Assembly: GCA_009914755.4 (NCBI GenBank) | Contig: CP086569.2 | Coordinates: forward strand, 14,624,001 to 14,688,000 | DNA: 64,000 nt | Reading direction: 5' to 3' | Source: the human T2T-CHM13v2.0 reference genome, Homo sapiens | In this document: one piece after another, positions 53,079-64,000 of the stretch | Layout of the letters: the number at the start of each line of letters is the position of its first letter | How positions within the stretch are numbered: the first letter of the stretch is position 1 | Translations under genes and position numbers: made by a program | The notes under the pieces: generated by a model | Told to the model about the DNA's origin: nothing | The model's database searches: none | Seen by the model: only the letters and a program-made list of their open reading frames with translations

Positions 53079-53548
53079 TATTAATAATAATAGTAATGTC
53101 ATTCAGAGTCATGTAAAATTGTTTTCTTTCTGTGTTGGTCTTGCATTTTTTTCTTCTTTGAAGATGATTTTCTTTGTTTTTTTTTTTTTCAGACTTTTTG
53201 TCTTTATTAGTGGTTGACAGGGGCTGGGGAGGGAGGAATGAAAAATGATTGCTAATAGATATAGGGTTTCTTTTAGGGGTGACAAAATGTTATAAAGTTA
53301 GATAGTGGTGATTATTATTTTTTTTCTTTTTTCCTTTTTTTTTATTATACTTCAAGTTTTAGGGTACATGTGCACATTGTGCAGGTTAGTTACATATGTA
53401 TACATTTGCCATGCTGGTGCGCAGCACCCACTAACTCATAATCTAGCATTAGGTATATCTCCCAATGCTATCCCTCCCCCCTCCCCCCACCCCACCACAG
53501 TCCCCAGAGTGTGATATTCCCCTTCCTGTGTCCATGTGATCTCATTGT

Positions 53549-57378
<3,830 letters not shown>

Positions 57379-57599
57379 TATGATGTTAGCTGGTTCTTTT
57401 GCTCGTTAGTTGATGCAGTTTCCTCCTAGTCTCGATGGTCTTTACATTTTGGCATGATTTTGCTGCGGCTGGTACTGGTTGTTCCTTTCCATGTTTAGCG
57501 CTTCCTTCAGGAACTCTTTTAGGGCAGGCCTGGTGGTGACAAAATCTCTCATCATTTGCTTGTCTGTAAAGTATTTTATTTCTCCTTCACTTATGAAGC

Positions 57600-58455
57600 T
57601 TAGTTTGGCTGGATAGGAAATTCTGGGTGAAAATTCTTTTCTTTAAGAATGTTGAATATTGGCCCCCACTCTCTTCTGGCTTGCAGGGTTTCTGCTGAGA
57701 GATCTGCTGTTAGTCTGATGGGCTTCCCTTTGAGGGTAACCCGACCTTTCTCTCTGGCTGCACTTAACATTTTTTCCTTCATTTCAACTTTGGTGAATCT
57801 GACAATTATGTGTCTTGGAGTTGCTGTTCTCGAGGAGTATCTTTGTGGTGTTCTCTATATTTCCTGAATCTGAATGTTGGCCTTCCTTGCTAGATTGGGG
57901 AAATTCTCCAGGATAATATCCTGCAGAGTGTTTTCCAACTTGGTTCTATTCTCCCCATCACTTTCAGGTACACCAATCAGATGTAGATTTGGTCTTTCCA
58001 CATAGTCCCATATTTCTTGGAGGCTTTGCTCATTTCTTTTTATTCTTTTTTCTCTAAACTTCCCTTCTCACTTCATTTCATTCATTTCATCTTCCATCGC
58101 TGATACCCTTTCTTCCAGTTGATCTCATCGGCTCCTGAGGCTTCTGCATTCTTCATGTAGTTCTCGAGCCTTGGTTTTCAGCTCCATCAGCTCCTTTAAG
58201 CACTTCTCTATATTGGTTATTCTAGTTATACATTCTAAATTTTTTTCAAAGTTTTCAACTTCTTTGCCTTTGGTTTGAATGTCCTCCCATAGCTCAGAGT
58301 AATTTGATTGTCTGAAGCCTTCTTCTCTCAGCTCATCAAAGTCATTCTCCATCTAGCTTTGTTGCGTTGCTGGTGAGGAACTGCGTTCCTTTGGAGGCAG
58401 AGCGGTGCTCTGCGTTTTAGAGTTTCCAGTGTTTCTGTTCTGTTTTTTCCCCATC
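57600..58455 (-). pseudogene. L1 ORF1 remnant (fragmented)
   Basis: Track ORFs 58125..58352 (MENDFDELREEGFRQSNYSELWEDIQTKGKEVENFEKNLE...) and 57600..57782 (MKEKMLSAAREKGRVTLKGKPIRLTADLSAETLQARREWGPIFNILKEKNF...) are separated by stops and frameshifts. Confidence 0.8.
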
Positions 58456-59456
58456 TTTGTGGTTTTATCTACTTTTGGTCTTTGATGATGGTGATTTACA
58501 GATGGGTTTTTGGTGTGGATGTCCTTTCTGTTTGTTAGTTTTCCTTCTACTAGAGAGGACCTTCAGCTGCAGGTCTGTTGGAATAGGCTGCCTTGTGAGG
58601 TGTCAGTGTGCCCCTGCTGGGAGGTGCCTCTCAGTTAGGCTGCTCATGGGTCAGGGGTCAGGGACCCACTTGAGGAGGCAGTCTGCCTGTTTTCAGATCT
58701 CCAGCTGCGTGCTTGGAGAACCACTGCTCTCTTCAAAGCTGTCAGACGGGGACATTTAAGTCTGCAGAGGTTACTGCTGTCTTTTTGTTTGTCTGTGCCC
58801 TGCCCCCAGAGGTGGAGCCTACAGAGGCAGGCAGGCCTCCTTGAGCTGTGGTGGGCTCCGCCCAGTTCGAGCTGCGGGGCTGCTTTGTTTACCTAAGCAA
58901 GCCTGGGGAATGGCGGGTAACCCTCCCCCAGCCTCGCTGCCACCTTGCAGTTTGATCTCAGACTGCTGTGCTAGCAATCAGCCAGACTCCGTGGGCGTAG
59001 GACCCTCCGAGCCAGGTGTGGGATATAATCTCGTGGCGCGCCGTTTTTTAAGCCAGTCAGAAAAGCGCAATATTCAGGTGGGAGTGGCCCGATTTTCCAG
59101 GTGTGTCCGTCACCCCTTTCTTTGACTCGGAAAGGGAACTCCCTGACCCCTTGTGCTTCCCAAGTGAGGCAATGCCTCACCCTGCTTCGGCTCGTGTACG
59201 GTGCACGCACCCACTGGCCTGCTCCCACTGTCTGGCACTCCCTAGTGAGATGAACCCGGTACCTCAGATGGAAATGCAGAAATCGCCAGTCTTCTGCGTC
59301 GCTCACGCTGAGAGCTGTAGACCGGAGCTGTTCCTATTCATCCATCTTGGCTCCTCCTCCCATAGTGGTGATTATTGCACACCTTGTGAATATATTATAA
59401 ACCGCTGATGTACATATCTTAAAAGAGCATATTTTATGGTATGTGAATTATATCTC

Positions 59457-64000
<4,544 letters not shown>

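Overview
This window reads as primate, most plausibly human, interspersed-repeat-rich DNA, not a prokaryotic locus. It carries many Alu SINEs of several ages and four L1 LINEs. Three L1s are full-length and the fourth runs off the window edge. Other transposable-element fossils include a MER1-type hAT element, a hAT-Charlie-type MITE with an Alu nested inside it, and a MIR-like fragment. There are several microsatellites. A single CpG island of about 2 kb (roughly 33980-36070) sits in otherwise AT-rich, L1-dense sequence. The only convincing protein-coding sequences are L1 ORF1 and ORF2 remnants, and all of them are disrupted. I found no CRISPR array, operon, tRNA, rRNA, or sign of a novel multi-gene system, so the undescribed-system hypothesis is not supported. 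The items most worth follow-up are: (1) the CpG island with a signal-peptide-like candidate first exon and strong splice donors on both strands; (2) two unclassified inverted-repeat (palindromic) elements of roughly 540 and 750 bp, each with the potential to form a long hairpin; (3) a near-consensus AluYb8 with an intact TSD and a long pure poly-A tail, which may be polymorphic; (4) an L1 with an inverted 5' segment and direct 3' end, the twin-priming signature; and (5) two full-length L1s sitting head-to-tail about 95 bp apart, both carrying the same FADD-to-FADN change at a CpG in the reverse-transcriptase active site. All coordinates are approximate (about 10 bp either way) because they were read by eye.
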